DNA of 64,000 nucleotides from a virus (taxonomy: Duplodnaviria > Caudoviricetes): IMG/VR virus record IMGVR_UViG_3300031994_000033, positions 1 through 64,000 of that record; one strand, 5' to 3'. The notes below the pieces were generated by a model. It worked only from the letters and a program-made list of their open reading frames with translations, had not been told where the DNA came from and made no database searches. Of this stretch, positions 1 through 10,555 are shown piece after piece (position 1 is the stretch's first letter; each line of letters opens with the position of its first letter). A program made the position numbers and the translations under genes.

Positions 1-1
1 T

Positions 2-1690
2 AGAAAAATGCGATCGATTTTCTACAGTTTTAACTATGTGATTTTTATATTTTTCAGTTTTATCAACTACTAATATATAAGTTTTACATTTAAACCTATC
101 TAAAATTATATCTATCCACTCGTCGCATGACTTGTTTACGTCAGTCGGATTCCATCGCTCCTTCAAGTTATATGGTGGACAGGTAAATAAACATTCGTAT
201 TCACCAGTGCTATTAAATATGTCTTCGCATGTGACTTTGCACTTTTCTAAATTAAAGTCAGAGATTATCATATTTGATTCATCTACGTGTTTACTGTTTA
301 TATCCTGTCCTATATAGGATTTACCTAAAACTGCTGTACCTAATAGTCTTCCAGAGAATCCACTAAATGGATCAAAGATCTCATTATACTGTTCTGCATA
401 TTGAATTAAAAGATCTTTAGCAAAAATCGGGTTAAATATAGATACAGATTTACAAATTCCTGCGATATTGAATCCCTCGGCTATAGATCTGCTAGATAGA
501 TTTGACTTGTAAATTATTCGGTTTCTGACTACTTTTTCAAGTAAGGTTTTATCGTTCCATGCGGAAATTGGACTTATTCCGTTTCCTACAATTCCATCAT
601 ATATAGACTTATGATAGTGCTTTACTATGCTAGTACCGATATAAGAATTTTTATGATATTCATATTCTTTTAGATGCTTATAATCTAGATTCAATCTATC
701 TCTAGAGAAACTAGGATAAGGAAATTCTTTCGGCAAAGATTCCAACATATCACTTATCCATTTCTCATAATCTATTTCGACAGCTTTCATAATTTCAGAG
801 AATATGCTTTCTATATTCTTACCATCACATACGATAAGCTTTGTGTTTTCGGGGCATAGTAAAAACCTCTCGTAATCGTTCTCTCCACGTACTCTTATAC
901 CATCAGAATCAGAGTTTATCCCATGCCAATACTCTCCATCTATTTCTATTAGTAGATCCAATTTATCGTCCTTATCAAAAACAGCAAAATCAAACATTTT
1001 CCCATTCACTGGATATTGATATTGATATTTGAAGCCTCTATTTCTCAGGAATTCGTCGATTTTCTTTTCATATCTATTATTTAGCTTTCCGTTTCTTAGA
1101 GCACGACCGTGTATAGATGGAACCTGCATTGCATTTTCATATCCATAAAGCTCTTTCATCCTTTTCTTAAATGAATCTGCGCCAAATCTTTTATCGCTAT
1201 TATACATTCTATCTCGGTTTTTCTCTTTTGCATATTCCGTCTTGTTATAATTATCTACTCCATATTTCGATAGAAACGTCTTTTTTGCCAAATCTCTGTT
1301 ATTGTAATTTTCATCATTATGATTAGTTCTTTTGCTATCCCGGCTTTTAGATTTGAATTCATCCGTCTGAACAAATGACATCTTACCGTACTTTTTAAGA
1401 CAGGTATTATGATATTTTTCAGACGATTCCTTCCAGTTATCCCTTCTAGATCTTGAAACACTATCTCTTTTTTCATTAGAAGTATTTGCACAATATAGAG
1501 AGCAGTATTTTCTATAGCCATGAACTATGTCGTCAAATTTGCACTCTTTTCCACAAAAACATTTAGGAGCTTCTCCTTTTAGAATATACTGAGTATAATA
1601 GCTTTTACTATCCATATTATGTTCTCTCTTAATATGGAGCGTAATGAAAGCTGCTTTTGAATGTTCATAACCGCATACTTCACATTTCAT
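2..1690 (-). CDS. Fusion of Zn-finger, Vsr/DUF559-like PD-(D/E)xK endonuclease and amino-DNA methyltransferase (3' end runs off the window)
   Basis: Not in the ORF track. Manual translation from ATG 1690 stays open to the window edge (~563 codons): MKCEVCGYEH..H..H, CFCG..YCSLYC, KYGVDNY-type repeats, FDFAVF..IEIDGEYWHG nuclease motif, FDPFSGFSGRLLG (SAM-binding motif I), FTCPPY (motif IV). Confidence 0.85.
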   Translation of the reverse strand, partial: MKCEVCGYEHSKAAFITLHIKREHNMDSKSYYTQYILKGEAPKCFCGKECKFDDIVHGYRKYCSLYCANTSNEKRDSVSRSRRDNWKESSEKYHNTCLKKYGKMSFVQTDEFKSKSRDSKRTNHNDENYNNRDLAKKTFLSKYGVDNYNKTEYAKEKNRDRMYNSDKRFGADSFKKRMKELYGYENAMQVPSIHGRALRNGKLNNRYEKKIDEFLRNRGFKYQYQYPVNGKMFDFAVFDKDDKLDLLIEIDGEYWHGINSDSDGIRVRGENDYERFLLCPENTKLIVCDGKNIESIFSEIMKAVEIDYEKWISDMLESLPKEFPYPSFSRDRLNLDYKHLKEYEYHKNSYIGTSIVKHYHKSIYDGIVGNGISPISAWNDKTLLEKVVRNRIIYKSNLSSRSIAEGFNIAGICKSVSIFNPIFAKDLLIQYAEQYNEIFDPFSGFSGRLLGTAVLGKSYIGQDINSKHVDESNMIISDFNLEKCKVTCEDIFNSTGEYECLFTCPPYNLKERWNPTDVNKSCDEWIDIILDRFKCKTYILVVDKTEKYKNHIVKTVENRSHFS

Positions 1691-1700
1691 AAATTTGCCT

Positions 1701-1708
1701 TATAAATA
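1701..1708 (+). promoter_or_regulatory. T4-type late promoter TATAAATA
   Basis: Exact T4 late consensus, 27 nt upstream of the baseplate gene ATG. Confidence 0.8.
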
Positions 1709-1735
1709 ACTTAAAATGAAATATAGTAAATTTAT

Positions 1736-4330
1736 ATGAGCCTAGATTATACGAAAGTCACGCACGAATCGATGCTTACGGACTGGAACAACCGAGTCCT
1801 CTCTGATGAGCAGTACAAGAATTTGAGCCAAGCTAGCATATATTCCTATCTCCAGGAATTCATCGCTGGCGTGTTAGATCTGACGAACTACTACATTCAG
1901 CGAACTGCTGAAGAGAACTATCTCGACACTGCTAAGCTAGACTCTAGCGTGATCAAGCTGTGCCACAATCTCGGCTATCAACCAAAGAGACCGATCCCAG
2001 CGACGGCAAACATCTCTATGAATCTTCAGGGTCCTCTCCCGAAGACGCTTCAAGCTGGAGACACGATCTGGCTGAACAACAAGACGCTGACTTTCAGATT
2101 CAACGGTCACGACTTCTTTCTCGACGCTTGCTATTCTTATAAGCTGACTCAGAGCGACATCAACAACGGTGTCGGAAACTCGTCATGGTCTAAGAAGATC
2201 ATGTTCGCAGTCAACGGCTACACTGATCAGCAAGAGGGATATATCACACTGAGCGGAAAGATCAACACAGCATCAGCCGCTAAGCTCAGAAACATCAAGG
2301 TCGTTCAGGGAAAGGTAGTCACTAAAGAGCTAGACTCGGTCACTTACGCTAGCAAAGTCGGAAAACAGTATCAATGGTATGACATCGACGATCTTCAGTT
2401 CTCGAACTACTACGGCATCAGAGATCCGTTCGCGTTCAAGAACGGAGAATATGAACCGAAATACGGTCTGTGCAAAGTCGGAATCGGAAGAACGATAGAT
2501 GAAGCTATGACTGATACGAACATCTTCAACATCGAAGATGAAGCAGTCGAGCTGTGCGAGAAGATCAAGACGAGAGAGCTTGGCTCTGGACCGGTAAACG
2601 TCGCTTGCATCAGATCTAACCATGACAAGACGGTTCGTCTCTACTTCGGAAATGGAATAGACACAGTAGAAGGACTGACTAGCACAGACGACATGATCTT
2701 CGTCCAGTATGTCATAACAGACGGCTCAGACGCTAACTATCCAGATGCGTCAGGATCAGTTCTTAGCCCCGAAGGAAAGATCTACGCTTCAGGCAACGGC
2801 CGGATGGTCAACCTGACAAACAATGTCACATTCATGTTCGAGAGCTCTATACACGGGGGAACTGACTTCGAGTCAAGAGACAGCATGATCAGAAACGCTA
2901 AGCTCTACTTCGCTTCGACTGGAAAGCTCATAACGATGCAAGACTTCATGAGCTATCTGCTTACGATCGCTGATCCTATCGTCGTCAAGCACGCTATCGC
3001 GTTTGGAGAGAATCAGCTCGAAGAGTCTGGACTGGAACATGACGCGGGATTGACTAATCTGGTACTATATACGCTATTCTCTGACATCTATCGTGAGTAC
3101 AACGGTCTCTACAGACCAGTCAACGTGTTCGATGAGAAAGAAGATCTGAGCAGCTCTTGCCTCTATGTCGACTATGACACATACATGAAGCACCTGTTCG
3201 ACATCGTCGACTTCTTGCTCAGACCAAAGAGAATGACGAGCGATCAGTACAATGATCGATCTACATTTGGACAATGGTGTGAACAGATCCGAGCTGACGC
3301 AGAGTCTAGAATGATGCTGAACACTAAGATGATCTCTATGCCTCCTCTCTTCCACTACTATGACGTAGTCGGAGAGATTCTCGTCGACAGGCACGTCGAC
3401 ATGGCAGAGTTCAAAGATGAGCTAGAGAATTCGATATATGCATGGCTTTCCAGAAATACGACATTCAACTCTCAGATCTACAAGTCTGACATAACTAGCC
3501 TGATTCTTCAGAATCCTTCAGCTAAGAGAGTCAATCTCGACATCAAAGTCTCGGAGCTGATAAAGGGAGAGACGAAGAGCTACCGATATGCTTCAGGTGA
3601 ACTCAGAACAAATCAGAACATCTTGATCGTTCCGATCAACGACGATCACGGAAACGACATGAGACCGATATTCACTGGCATGGTCGGAAGAGACTTCAAG
3701 ATCAAGCAGAACTCGAATCCTCCTGTTATCGACACATATCGCGTCGAAGAAGTGAGCATCGATCCGTCTTACGTCTATGTCTCGCTAGGAAGTCTAGTGA
3801 CTATAGACTCTAACCTGTACATCGATCTAGTGATTGAAGAAGACTCGCTATACTCGAGGGGAAGATATACTGGTCTTGACTTCAACTTCATGAGAGTAGT
3901 CGAAGACTGGATCGAATCTAAGAGCATCTCGACGAGCACAGACGCTAGACCGATCGAGCTGCCATATACTGTAGCAGTCGATCTCGAGTCCGAGTCTGGT
4001 GGATGGGGAGGAAGCGGTCGAGGCGGCGGTTCTCAGATGATCGACATCGATACTTTCGTCAGAGAAGAGACATTCAAGAGAATAGGAGCAAACAGCTCAG
4101 ACATCAACGAGAATCTCAGCGAAGAGTCATTCTATTATGCGATATTCAGAGCGATAAGAGACGGCTATCTTGAAGAAGATGTCGCTAAGACTAACTTCCA
4201 GTATATCTATCCAGCGCTTAAGGTCGTATTTGACGACAATATCCTGGACGACAACAACAACATCGTAAACTTCTCTTCTAGCCGGGACATTCCAGTCATC
4301 AGACTTCGCTTCAGATACGTATATGCATAG
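1736..4330 (+). CDS. Baseplate wedge protein, T4 gp6-like
   Basis: N-terminal ENYLDTAKLDSSVIKLCHNLGYQPKRPIPATA, LYFGNG, YVITDGSDAN, GGTDFES..IRNA and ITMQDF match the gp6/baseplate-J pattern. Confidence 0.85.
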   Translation: MSLDYTKVTHESMLTDWNNRVLSDEQYKNLSQASIYSYLQEFIAGVLDLTNYYIQRTAEENYLDTAKLDSSVIKLCHNLGYQPKRPIPATANISMNLQGPLPKTLQAGDTIWLNNKTLTFRFNGHDFFLDACYSYKLTQSDINNGVGNSSWSKKIMFAVNGYTDQQEGYITLSGKINTASAAKLRNIKVVQGKVVTKELDSVTYASKVGKQYQWYDIDDLQFSNYYGIRDPFAFKNGEYEPKYGLCKVGIGRTIDEAMTDTNIFNIEDEAVELCEKIKTRELGSGPVNVACIRSNHDKTVRLYFGNGIDTVEGLTSTDDMIFVQYVITDGSDANYPDASGSVLSPEGKIYASGNGRMVNLTNNVTFMFESSIHGGTDFESRDSMIRNAKLYFASTGKLITMQDFMSYLLTIADPIVVKHAIAFGENQLEESGLEHDAGLTNLVLYTLFSDIYREYNGLYRPVNVFDEKEDLSSSCLYVDYDTYMKHLFDIVDFLLRPKRMTSDQYNDRSTFGQWCEQIRADAESRMMLNTKMISMPPLFHYYDVVGEILVDRHVDMAEFKDELENSIYAWLSRNTTFNSQIYKSDITSLILQNPSAKRVNLDIKVSELIKGETKSYRYASGELRTNQNILIVPINDDHGNDMRPIFTGMVGRDFKIKQNSNPPVIDTYRVEEVSIDPSYVYVSLGSLVTIDSNLYIDLVIEEDSLYSRGRYTGLDFNFMRVVEDWIESKSISTSTDARPIELPYTVAVDLESESGGWGGSGRGGGSQMIDIDTFVREETFKRIGANSSDINENLSEESFYYAIFRAIRDGYLEEDVAKTNFQYIYPALKVVFDDNILDDNNNIVNFSSSRDIPVIRLRFRYVYA

Positions 4331-4339
4331 AGGTAGAGA

Positions 4340-5284
4340 ATGCCAAGCGAGAACACGTTCAAGACGCATAAAGTCGACAACTCGGAAGAGATAACTCTGG
4401 CATATCCGGAGCTAGTCGGAGAAGACACGATCGTAGTGAATGCTGTTCTTCTGCCGTATCTCTATGACGCTACGACTATATCGATCGAGAATCTGTCTGG
4501 ACTAGATCTAGGAAATCCAGACTCTCTAAATCACTGCTGGATCAACGTGATCGATCGGTTCGACTACTCGAGAAGCGTTCAGTTCTGCATGGGAACTAGA
4601 CTAGACGAAGACGGAAATCCTGTTCACTGCTCCGTGTTCTATGATGATCAGTTCACATACGATTCCCAGAAAGATCGATACGAGCTTACGATATTCATAC
4701 CCGCATATTGTAAAAATTCCAATACAATCGAAGGTTTCAACGAGTCTACAGTATTGTTCGAAGTCAGAGGATCAGGACTTTCGATCGCTGGAAGCTATGA
4801 GACTGTACTTCCTCCGTTCATCGTCCAAGGAAAAGCCCACAAAGAAGATCCGTTAGAAGAAGATCCGGTCTTTCCTAGCAGTGCTGACCGGTGCAGCATA
4901 GGCGAAGGAACGATTCCTGCTTACTACGAGAATTCGAAAGGCTACGCTTCGGACTATCTCTTCACTTGCGCTTCGGCTATGTACTGCGTCGAGACTAGCG
5001 GATTCATGCCATCAGACATGGCCGAGTCCACAGAGTTCCAAGACGTGTCAGCATATCTTCACAACACGAAGACTAGCTCTGACATTATGCTGAGCATCGA
5101 AGAGATCGAGACTGTGTCTACTACTATTCCTGTCATGAAGCTTCTTGAGGAGCCTGAACGTCTCTTTAACGGAGAATACGAGGTGACGACGTGGAAGTCG
5201 CGAATCGATAGCGTCTGGTCTAGAGAGAATCTAGCTACTGCTGAGAACGAGCTGACTGTTTCTGCTTCTGTTCGAGGTGTATAA
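4340..5284 (+). CDS. Hypothetical acidic protein (probably virion-associated)
   Basis: 314-aa ORF with RBS GAGG, lying between gp6 and the tube gene. Confidence 0.6.
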   Translation: MPSENTFKTHKVDNSEEITLAYPELVGEDTIVVNAVLLPYLYDATTISIENLSGLDLGNPDSLNHCWINVIDRFDYSRSVQFCMGTRLDEDGNPVHCSVFYDDQFTYDSQKDRYELTIFIPAYCKNSNTIEGFNESTVLFEVRGSGLSIAGSYETVLPPFIVQGKAHKEDPLEEDPVFPSSADRCSIGEGTIPAYYENSKGYASDYLFTCASAMYCVETSGFMPSDMAESTEFQDVSAYLHNTKTSSDIMLSIEEIETVSTTIPVMKLLEEPERLFNGEYEVTTWKSRIDSVWSRENLATAENELTVSASVRGV

Positions 5285-5287
5285 ATA
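5280..5287 (+). promoter_or_regulatory. Late promoter TATAAATA
   Basis: Exact consensus upstream of the tube gene. Confidence 0.8.
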
Positions 5288-5321
5288 ACAAGTAAAGCAA
5301 ATTTTTAGGAGAAATTCCACT

Positions 5322-5954
5322 ATGGCAGCTGAAAATGATATGAACGTGTTCACCAGCGACATCGAGAGATTGCCAGATCTCGCCAAGAACTTCTTGTGGC
5401 AAGCTGTGATCATTCCAGAAGAGGGAACACCTCTAGCTAGCATCTTCAATCTAAATGATGGAACTAAGCAGCTGTGCATTAGATGTAGGACTTCTGGTCT
5501 TCCCCAGAGATCGATAAATGATGAGTTAGTGACTCACTGGCAGGGCTCTAAGAAAGTATATCCTGGTCGTATGACGATGGACGGAACATTGACTCTGAAG
5601 TTCGACGAGTTCCAAGACTGGAAAGTATCTCACCTCTTCCATGCTTGGATGAACTTGATTCACAACTGTAACATCGGCCACGATGGAGGAGATACTGGGA
5701 TCTACTACGATACGAAGACAGGCGCAGCCATCTCAAACTACATGAAGGATTACAGCGCTAAGATCAAGCTGACTTGCTTCGATTCTCGTCTGTCTAATGA
5801 GTTCTCTCACGACTATACTCTATACTACTGCTGGCCAAAGAATATTCACGGTGTATCGCTAGATCAGGAAGCTACTGGCAAGCTTCAGAGAGAAGTCGAG
5901 ATCCGATATTCGACATTCCAAGAGACTAAGAGAGAAGAAGAGATTGAGGCATAA
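5322..5954 (+). CDS. Tail tube protein, T4 gp19-like
   Basis: CRTSGLP..HWQG..YPGRMT..TLTLKFDEF..FHAWMN..YYCWPKNI..LDQE pattern typical of gp19. Confidence 0.8.
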   Translation: MAAENDMNVFTSDIERLPDLAKNFLWQAVIIPEEGTPLASIFNLNDGTKQLCIRCRTSGLPQRSINDELVTHWQGSKKVYPGRMTMDGTLTLKFDEFQDWKVSHLFHAWMNLIHNCNIGHDGGDTGIYYDTKTGAAISNYMKDYSAKIKLTCFDSRLSNEFSHDYTLYYCWPKNIHGVSLDQEATGKLQREVEIRYSTFQETKREEEIEA

Positions 5955-5972
5955 TCGATAGGGACTGAGACT

Positions 5973-6782
5973 ATGGCTGATAGCAGCAATCCGAGAGTAC
6001 CGAAGTACTGCGATCATCGTGATCCATACTACGACATCGGCTGGATAGACAATCTAGCTTCTCTCAAGGCTTATGTCCTTCGTCAGCTCGGCTCTCCTAG
6101 AATCTGTGTCGAGCTGTCAGACGAGCAGTTGACTGATCTGATCGGCGACACTATCAGATACTTCTGGAAGTACTACAGTCAGGGACATCGAGAAGACTAC
6201 TTGGCTTTTGAGCTCGTTCCCGGAATGACACACTACAAGATCTGTCAAGAGCTTGAAGAAGTCGTCGATCTCAGCCTTCCTAGCTTCTTAGGATTGACTG
6301 ACAATCTCCTGTCTCCAGTGACTAACGCACTAGTCTCGCAATTCCCGTGGGGAGGCATGACCTTCCCAGGAACCTGTTGGGGAGGCGCAGACTATGGCGA
6401 TGTTCTTGGAAACTGGAACGCTACGCTTACATGGCTGGAAGAAGCTAAGATGGACTTCGCGAGAAAGTATCAAGTGAAGTACATCAGAGAAGAGAAGGCT
6501 CTATCGGTCTGGCCGACCCCACGCTACCCAGACCGATGTCTATTGAGAGTCTATAAGCGAGAGCACTTCATGAATCTCATTCAAGATCCGCTCTTCCGCA
6601 AGTATCTCGTCGCAAAGGCTGGATGGCTATGGACACTCGCATTGAGGAAATTCTCGCTGCAGCTCGCTGGAGGTGGTCAGCTCAACGGAGATTCACTAGC
6701 TGCTGACTTCAAGGACCAAATTGAAAAGTGTGAAGAGAGAATCGATCTAGAGACTCCATACAATGAAATAGTAGTCGGATAG
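5973..6782 (+). CDS. Neck protein, T4 gp13-like
   Basis: LKAYVLRQLGSPRICVELSDEQL and C-terminal KFSLQLAGGGQLNGD match gp13. Confidence 0.85.
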   Translation: MADSSNPRVPKYCDHRDPYYDIGWIDNLASLKAYVLRQLGSPRICVELSDEQLTDLIGDTIRYFWKYYSQGHREDYLAFELVPGMTHYKICQELEEVVDLSLPSFLGLTDNLLSPVTNALVSQFPWGGMTFPGTCWGGADYGDVLGNWNATLTWLEEAKMDFARKYQVKYIREEKALSVWPTPRYPDRCLLRVYKREHFMNLIQDPLFRKYLVAKAGWLWTLALRKFSLQLAGGGQLNGDSLAADFKDQIEKCEERIDLETPYNEIVVG

Positions 6783-6804
6783 AAACGACTAAACCTGGAA
6801 ATTC

Positions 6805-6836
6805 GAAAACGCTGAGTATAGTAACTCAGCGTTTTC
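6805..6836 (+). terminator. Intrinsic terminator hairpin
   Basis: GAAAACGCTGAGT-6nt-ACTCAGCGTTTTC, a perfect 13-bp stem. Confidence 0.75.
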
Positions 6837-6840
6837 TGTA

Positions 6841-6848
6841 TATAAATA
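6841..6848 (+). promoter_or_regulatory. Late promoter TATAAATA
   Basis: Exact consensus directly after the terminator. Confidence 0.8.
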
Positions 6849-6879
6849 AACTGTTATATTGTTCAATTTGGAGTTCTAA

Positions 6880-8238
6880 ATGTCTATTAGAGAACCAGAA
6901 GAAGTCGATGGAACCGGAATAGATCTATACGGAGTCGCTAAGTGGAGTCGAGCAACGATTGCGGACGGTAAATGGCTTCAGGAAAACACCGTCGGACCTC
7001 TATACGAGAATGAGCTGATTCTCGCTAGCGCAGTCTATGGAACTAGCGCTATCGCAGCAAACGACATCGCTAGTCTGAGAGCTAAGACGGAAGAGATATG
7101 CGATAATCTCACTTCGACGTCAGCTAATCTTCAGAACGAGATAGACATCATCAACGCCGGATCTGACGTGATCGACGTTGTCGGAGATGTAGATGATCTT
7201 TCAGCTTATCAAGGCTGGACGACAGAGAACGACGTGATAAAGGTATTGTGCGACAGCGCTCACGACGACTCGCAGACTTACTACAGATGGACTGGAGACG
7301 ACACTATGGATCCAAGCCAATCCGCTCAGCTCTGGTCTTACGTCGGCGGAGTTTCTCCTTACTACACTAAGTCAGAGATCGACACTTATTCGGCTGATGC
7401 TAGAAGCTACGTAAACGATGTCTCTGGATCGCTATATGATCGTATAGACTATGTAGACGAAGCTAACAGAACATGGACAGAAGGAGTCTCTGGATCGCTC
7501 TATGAGATGATAGAAGAAGCGTCTGGATCTAATCATGCTGACATCATGTACGTGTCAGCAGCCGTTGGAACAAGAAGCTCTGTGGAATTGCACGGTGGAA
7601 CATACGTAGAAGTGTCTAGCGCTGCTAAGCAGGACGGAACAATATCATATTCAGCAGATCTGTATGCGAGCGCATACAGGCCGTTAGCCGGAGGGCCGGG
7701 GATATCGATAGTCGAAGATCAATCTCAGATCACAATCTCTTGCTCAGCTAATTCTCCAGTCTTCTTAAACCTCGGAAACTATGATCCTTCTCAATCTACT
7801 CTATACAACGACATCGATACGATCATGCAGAACGGAAACGAGCCTGTAATTTATGAGACCGACAATTACGGAAAATACTCCTACTACTATCTGAGCTTAA
7901 GATCTTATGGAATTTCATATATGTTCACTAGATCTTACATCTCTGGCTCTAATAATAACTCTATGTATTCAGACAATCTTGTAGTAAGAACTAATGGCTG
8001 GGATATTAGATCATTCAGATCCGCAAACAACGCAGAAGCTGCACATATAGCTTCAAACCCCGTTTCTGGACATCTCGCAGCGCTAGACTCGAACGGAGAT
8101 CTGATCGATAGCGGAATACCGAAGTCAGATGTAGCTCTAGGAACTAGCGCTTATAACGCTCTGCACGGAAACCAGATAGTCGTCGGAAGTCTTGGAAGTG
8201 ACGAAAACACAGTATACTTCTTATTCTCTAACCCATAA
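6880..8238 (+). CDS. Putative tail fibre/appendage protein
   Basis: Late promoter; coiled-coil segment (LQNEIDII), VSGSLY repeats, and AGGPGISI and GHLAALDSNGDLIDSG fibre-like motifs. Confidence 0.55.
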   Translation: MSIREPEEVDGTGIDLYGVAKWSRATIADGKWLQENTVGPLYENELILASAVYGTSAIAANDIASLRAKTEEICDNLTSTSANLQNEIDIINAGSDVIDVVGDVDDLSAYQGWTTENDVIKVLCDSAHDDSQTYYRWTGDDTMDPSQSAQLWSYVGGVSPYYTKSEIDTYSADARSYVNDVSGSLYDRIDYVDEANRTWTEGVSGSLYEMIEEASGSNHADIMYVSAAVGTRSSVELHGGTYVEVSSAAKQDGTISYSADLYASAYRPLAGGPGISIVEDQSQITISCSANSPVFLNLGNYDPSQSTLYNDIDTIMQNGNEPVIYETDNYGKYSYYYLSLRSYGISYMFTRSYISGSNNNSMYSDNLVVRTNGWDIRSFRSANNAEAAHIASNPVSGHLAALDSNGDLIDSGIPKSDVALGTSAYNALHGNQIVVGSLGSDENTVYFLFSNP

Positions 8239-8246
8239 AAGCTAAA

Positions 8247-9227
8247 ATGCCATATCTATACAGAGACAGAGATCATAGAACTAGCTACGCTTTTCCGATC
8301 AAGATGAGTGCGGAAGATCCAAATCTTCCCGACTACTATTTCGTCGGAAGAAGAAGACCAATCATTCTACTCTGTAGAATGAAGAGTTTTAGATATGACG
8401 AGTGTCATCGATATATGCTGGACGCAGACGATGGAGTACACTATGTAAGTCCAGAAGGAATCACGTGGCTTCAGCAGTGCTGGCTATTGCCAGACATGAC
8501 TATAAAAGCGAACATAAACCAGCTATTATCGAATGTAGACGGAAACCTGAAGCAGATGAGATTTCAAGAAGGGAATCCATACGCTTATGACAGCACGATG
8601 TATCCGACATCTCTATACAAGTTCGTCAGAAGCGGAAACTACACATACGACATAGCAGAATTTGGTTCACCTTTGACAAACGGCTGGGGAAGCTATAATG
8701 TAAACTGGACAGATGGAAAGACGCCATCAGCATTCAATGTCAACATCAAGAGAATAGCTTCATATCTCAGCGATCGAACTAATCTTCCACAAGATCACAA
8801 CTACTGCAGAATCATAGTTGACTTCATAGGGATGAATAATGTCAGCCATTCTACTTCAGAATTCAATGGAACAGGAAACTTCGGATTCTTGAGAGATAGC
8901 TATAGCGTCTACTCTGGAGGACAAGGAGTCTCTTACCATGAGCCTATACAGCTGTGCGGAGATCCCACATACGAGGTAGGAAGTAGCCTAGGAAACTGGA
9001 TGTACACTACAAAAGACGGCATGTATGGGTATATCTATCCATTGCACGTGAACCTGACTGGATTCAACATAGCCGACACTGCTGCTGACAACGCAGACAG
9101 CATATATTGGAAATTTCTTCCAGTAGCTACATCTAACAATATCGCATGGCTGCCAAGAAGAGCTTGCATGCGCATAAGCGTAGTTTCAGCGCCGAGCACT
9201 CCTCACACACCCATCACTAATCAGTAA
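8247..9227 (+). CDS. Hypothetical protein (possible receptor-binding or fibre tip)
   Basis: 326 aa, rich in aromatic residues, Asn and Gly; follows the fibre-like gene. Confidence 0.5.
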   Translation: MPYLYRDRDHRTSYAFPIKMSAEDPNLPDYYFVGRRRPIILLCRMKSFRYDECHRYMLDADDGVHYVSPEGITWLQQCWLLPDMTIKANINQLLSNVDGNLKQMRFQEGNPYAYDSTMYPTSLYKFVRSGNYTYDIAEFGSPLTNGWGSYNVNWTDGKTPSAFNVNIKRIASYLSDRTNLPQDHNYCRIIVDFIGMNNVSHSTSEFNGTGNFGFLRDSYSVYSGGQGVSYHEPIQLCGDPTYEVGSSLGNWMYTTKDGMYGYIYPLHVNLTGFNIADTAADNADSIYWKFLPVATSNNIAWLPRRACMRISVVSAPSTPHTPITNQ

Positions 9228-10534
9228 GCTCTAGCGACGTCGTCTAGATTGATCAGATCAGAGTATCTAGAGTCATACTCGTTGAAGTAGTTGACTGCTT
9301 CATCGTCAGTCTTAGTCATGAATCCGTATAGCGCATAAGATGCTGAGTATACTTTATCTCCTATAATGATAGGAGAGTTCATGCTTGAAGTGTCTTCTGT
9401 ACCGTCAAGACTCATGCTTATCTCGTCTCCAGAAGGATCGATAGAGAGTCTAGTGTCTTTTACATAGATTCCGTCTCTCTCAAATCGAAGATCCGATAGA
9501 AGCAGATCTACGTTCTGATACTCGCCAGCCTGTCCTCCTGGAGTTCCTCGCCATGCGTTTATAATGTCTGTCATCCTCGTCTTGCAGTACTTGTAGACTG
9601 GAATGTTAGACGCTTTTCCAGTCATCAAGAACTTTCCAAATCCAGTTATGTGTCCAGCTAGATTCAGACAGTCTGAAGTGGGATGAACATTGCTAGGATT
9701 GACGAAGAGTCGCAGACCGTTCTCCAGCTTGTTGCAGATATCAGTCAACTCATTGATGTTGCTCTTCATAAATGCCGTGCACATGTCTTCATAGTCTGGC
9801 TTGATGATCCAGTCGTTGGCTCTAGTGCAATACAGCTTCATCTTGGCAGTGAAAGCCTGATAGTATGAGCTCGCTGTCTCTACGCTAGTGCACAGCTCTG
9901 TCTCGTCGAGAATGCAGTCGAACATAGCTCTTAGCTGATTCAGAAGATCGAATACGCCTAGTCTCTTCAAAGTGTCGAGATAGTATCTCAAGAAACGATA
10001 GACGGCTTCTACTTTCCTCTCTAGCCATCTCAGCCACTTGTTGATCTGAGCCAAGTAGCTCTGAAACAGACCAGTGATCGCTGACAGAGTGAAGTCAAGA
10101 GATATTCCAGAGCATATCTGCTCCTTGAAACGCTGAAAGTCCTGCGTTATCTCATGAATCTCCTGCTGAACACGTGTGTAACGATCATTTCCGTCGAGTC
10201 CGACTAGTCCACGCACAGCCTTCGAAAAGATCGAATCTGGGTTCAGAAGATAGTCTCGGAAGAACTCGCAATTGTACAAGTTCTTGCACATCTCTGTATT
10301 CGAGAAGTCTCGTATCCACAAGAAGCTCAGTGACTTCATCAGTGACGTTATCGAAGATCTTATCAGCTTGACGACTGGATTTAGAATTTCTCTAACGCTC
10401 CACAGAGCTAGCTTTACCAGTCCATAGATCGTATCGAGAATCTTGTCAGCGACAGCTTGCGCAGTCTCTAATGCGGTCTTGATCGTAACGAAAGTCTGGT
10501 AGATGTAGGTGCAGATTATCGTGGAGACGTTCAT
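9221..10534 (-). CDS. Hypothetical helical, Cys-containing protein
   Basis: 437-aa ORF with the genome-typical codon pattern, divergent from gp14. Confidence 0.65.
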   Translation of the reverse strand: MNVSTIICTYIYQTFVTIKTALETAQAVADKILDTIYGLVKLALWSVREILNPVVKLIRSSITSLMKSLSFLWIRDFSNTEMCKNLYNCEFFRDYLLNPDSIFSKAVRGLVGLDGNDRYTRVQQEIHEITQDFQRFKEQICSGISLDFTLSAITGLFQSYLAQINKWLRWLERKVEAVYRFLRYYLDTLKRLGVFDLLNQLRAMFDCILDETELCTSVETASSYYQAFTAKMKLYCTRANDWIIKPDYEDMCTAFMKSNINELTDICNKLENGLRLFVNPSNVHPTSDCLNLAGHITGFGKFLMTGKASNIPVYKYCKTRMTDIINAWRGTPGGQAGEYQNVDLLLSDLRFERDGIYVKDTRLSIDPSGDEISMSLDGTEDTSSMNSPIIIGDKVYSASYALYGFMTKTDDEAVNYFNEYDSRYSDLINLDDVARAY

Positions 10535-10555
10535 ATCACAATATATATACTAAGA

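Noticed and set aside
132-1521. Track ORFs 132-317, 841-1032 and 1255-1521
   Set aside because: They are shadows of the long minus-strand nuclease-MTase frame (1690 to the window edge).
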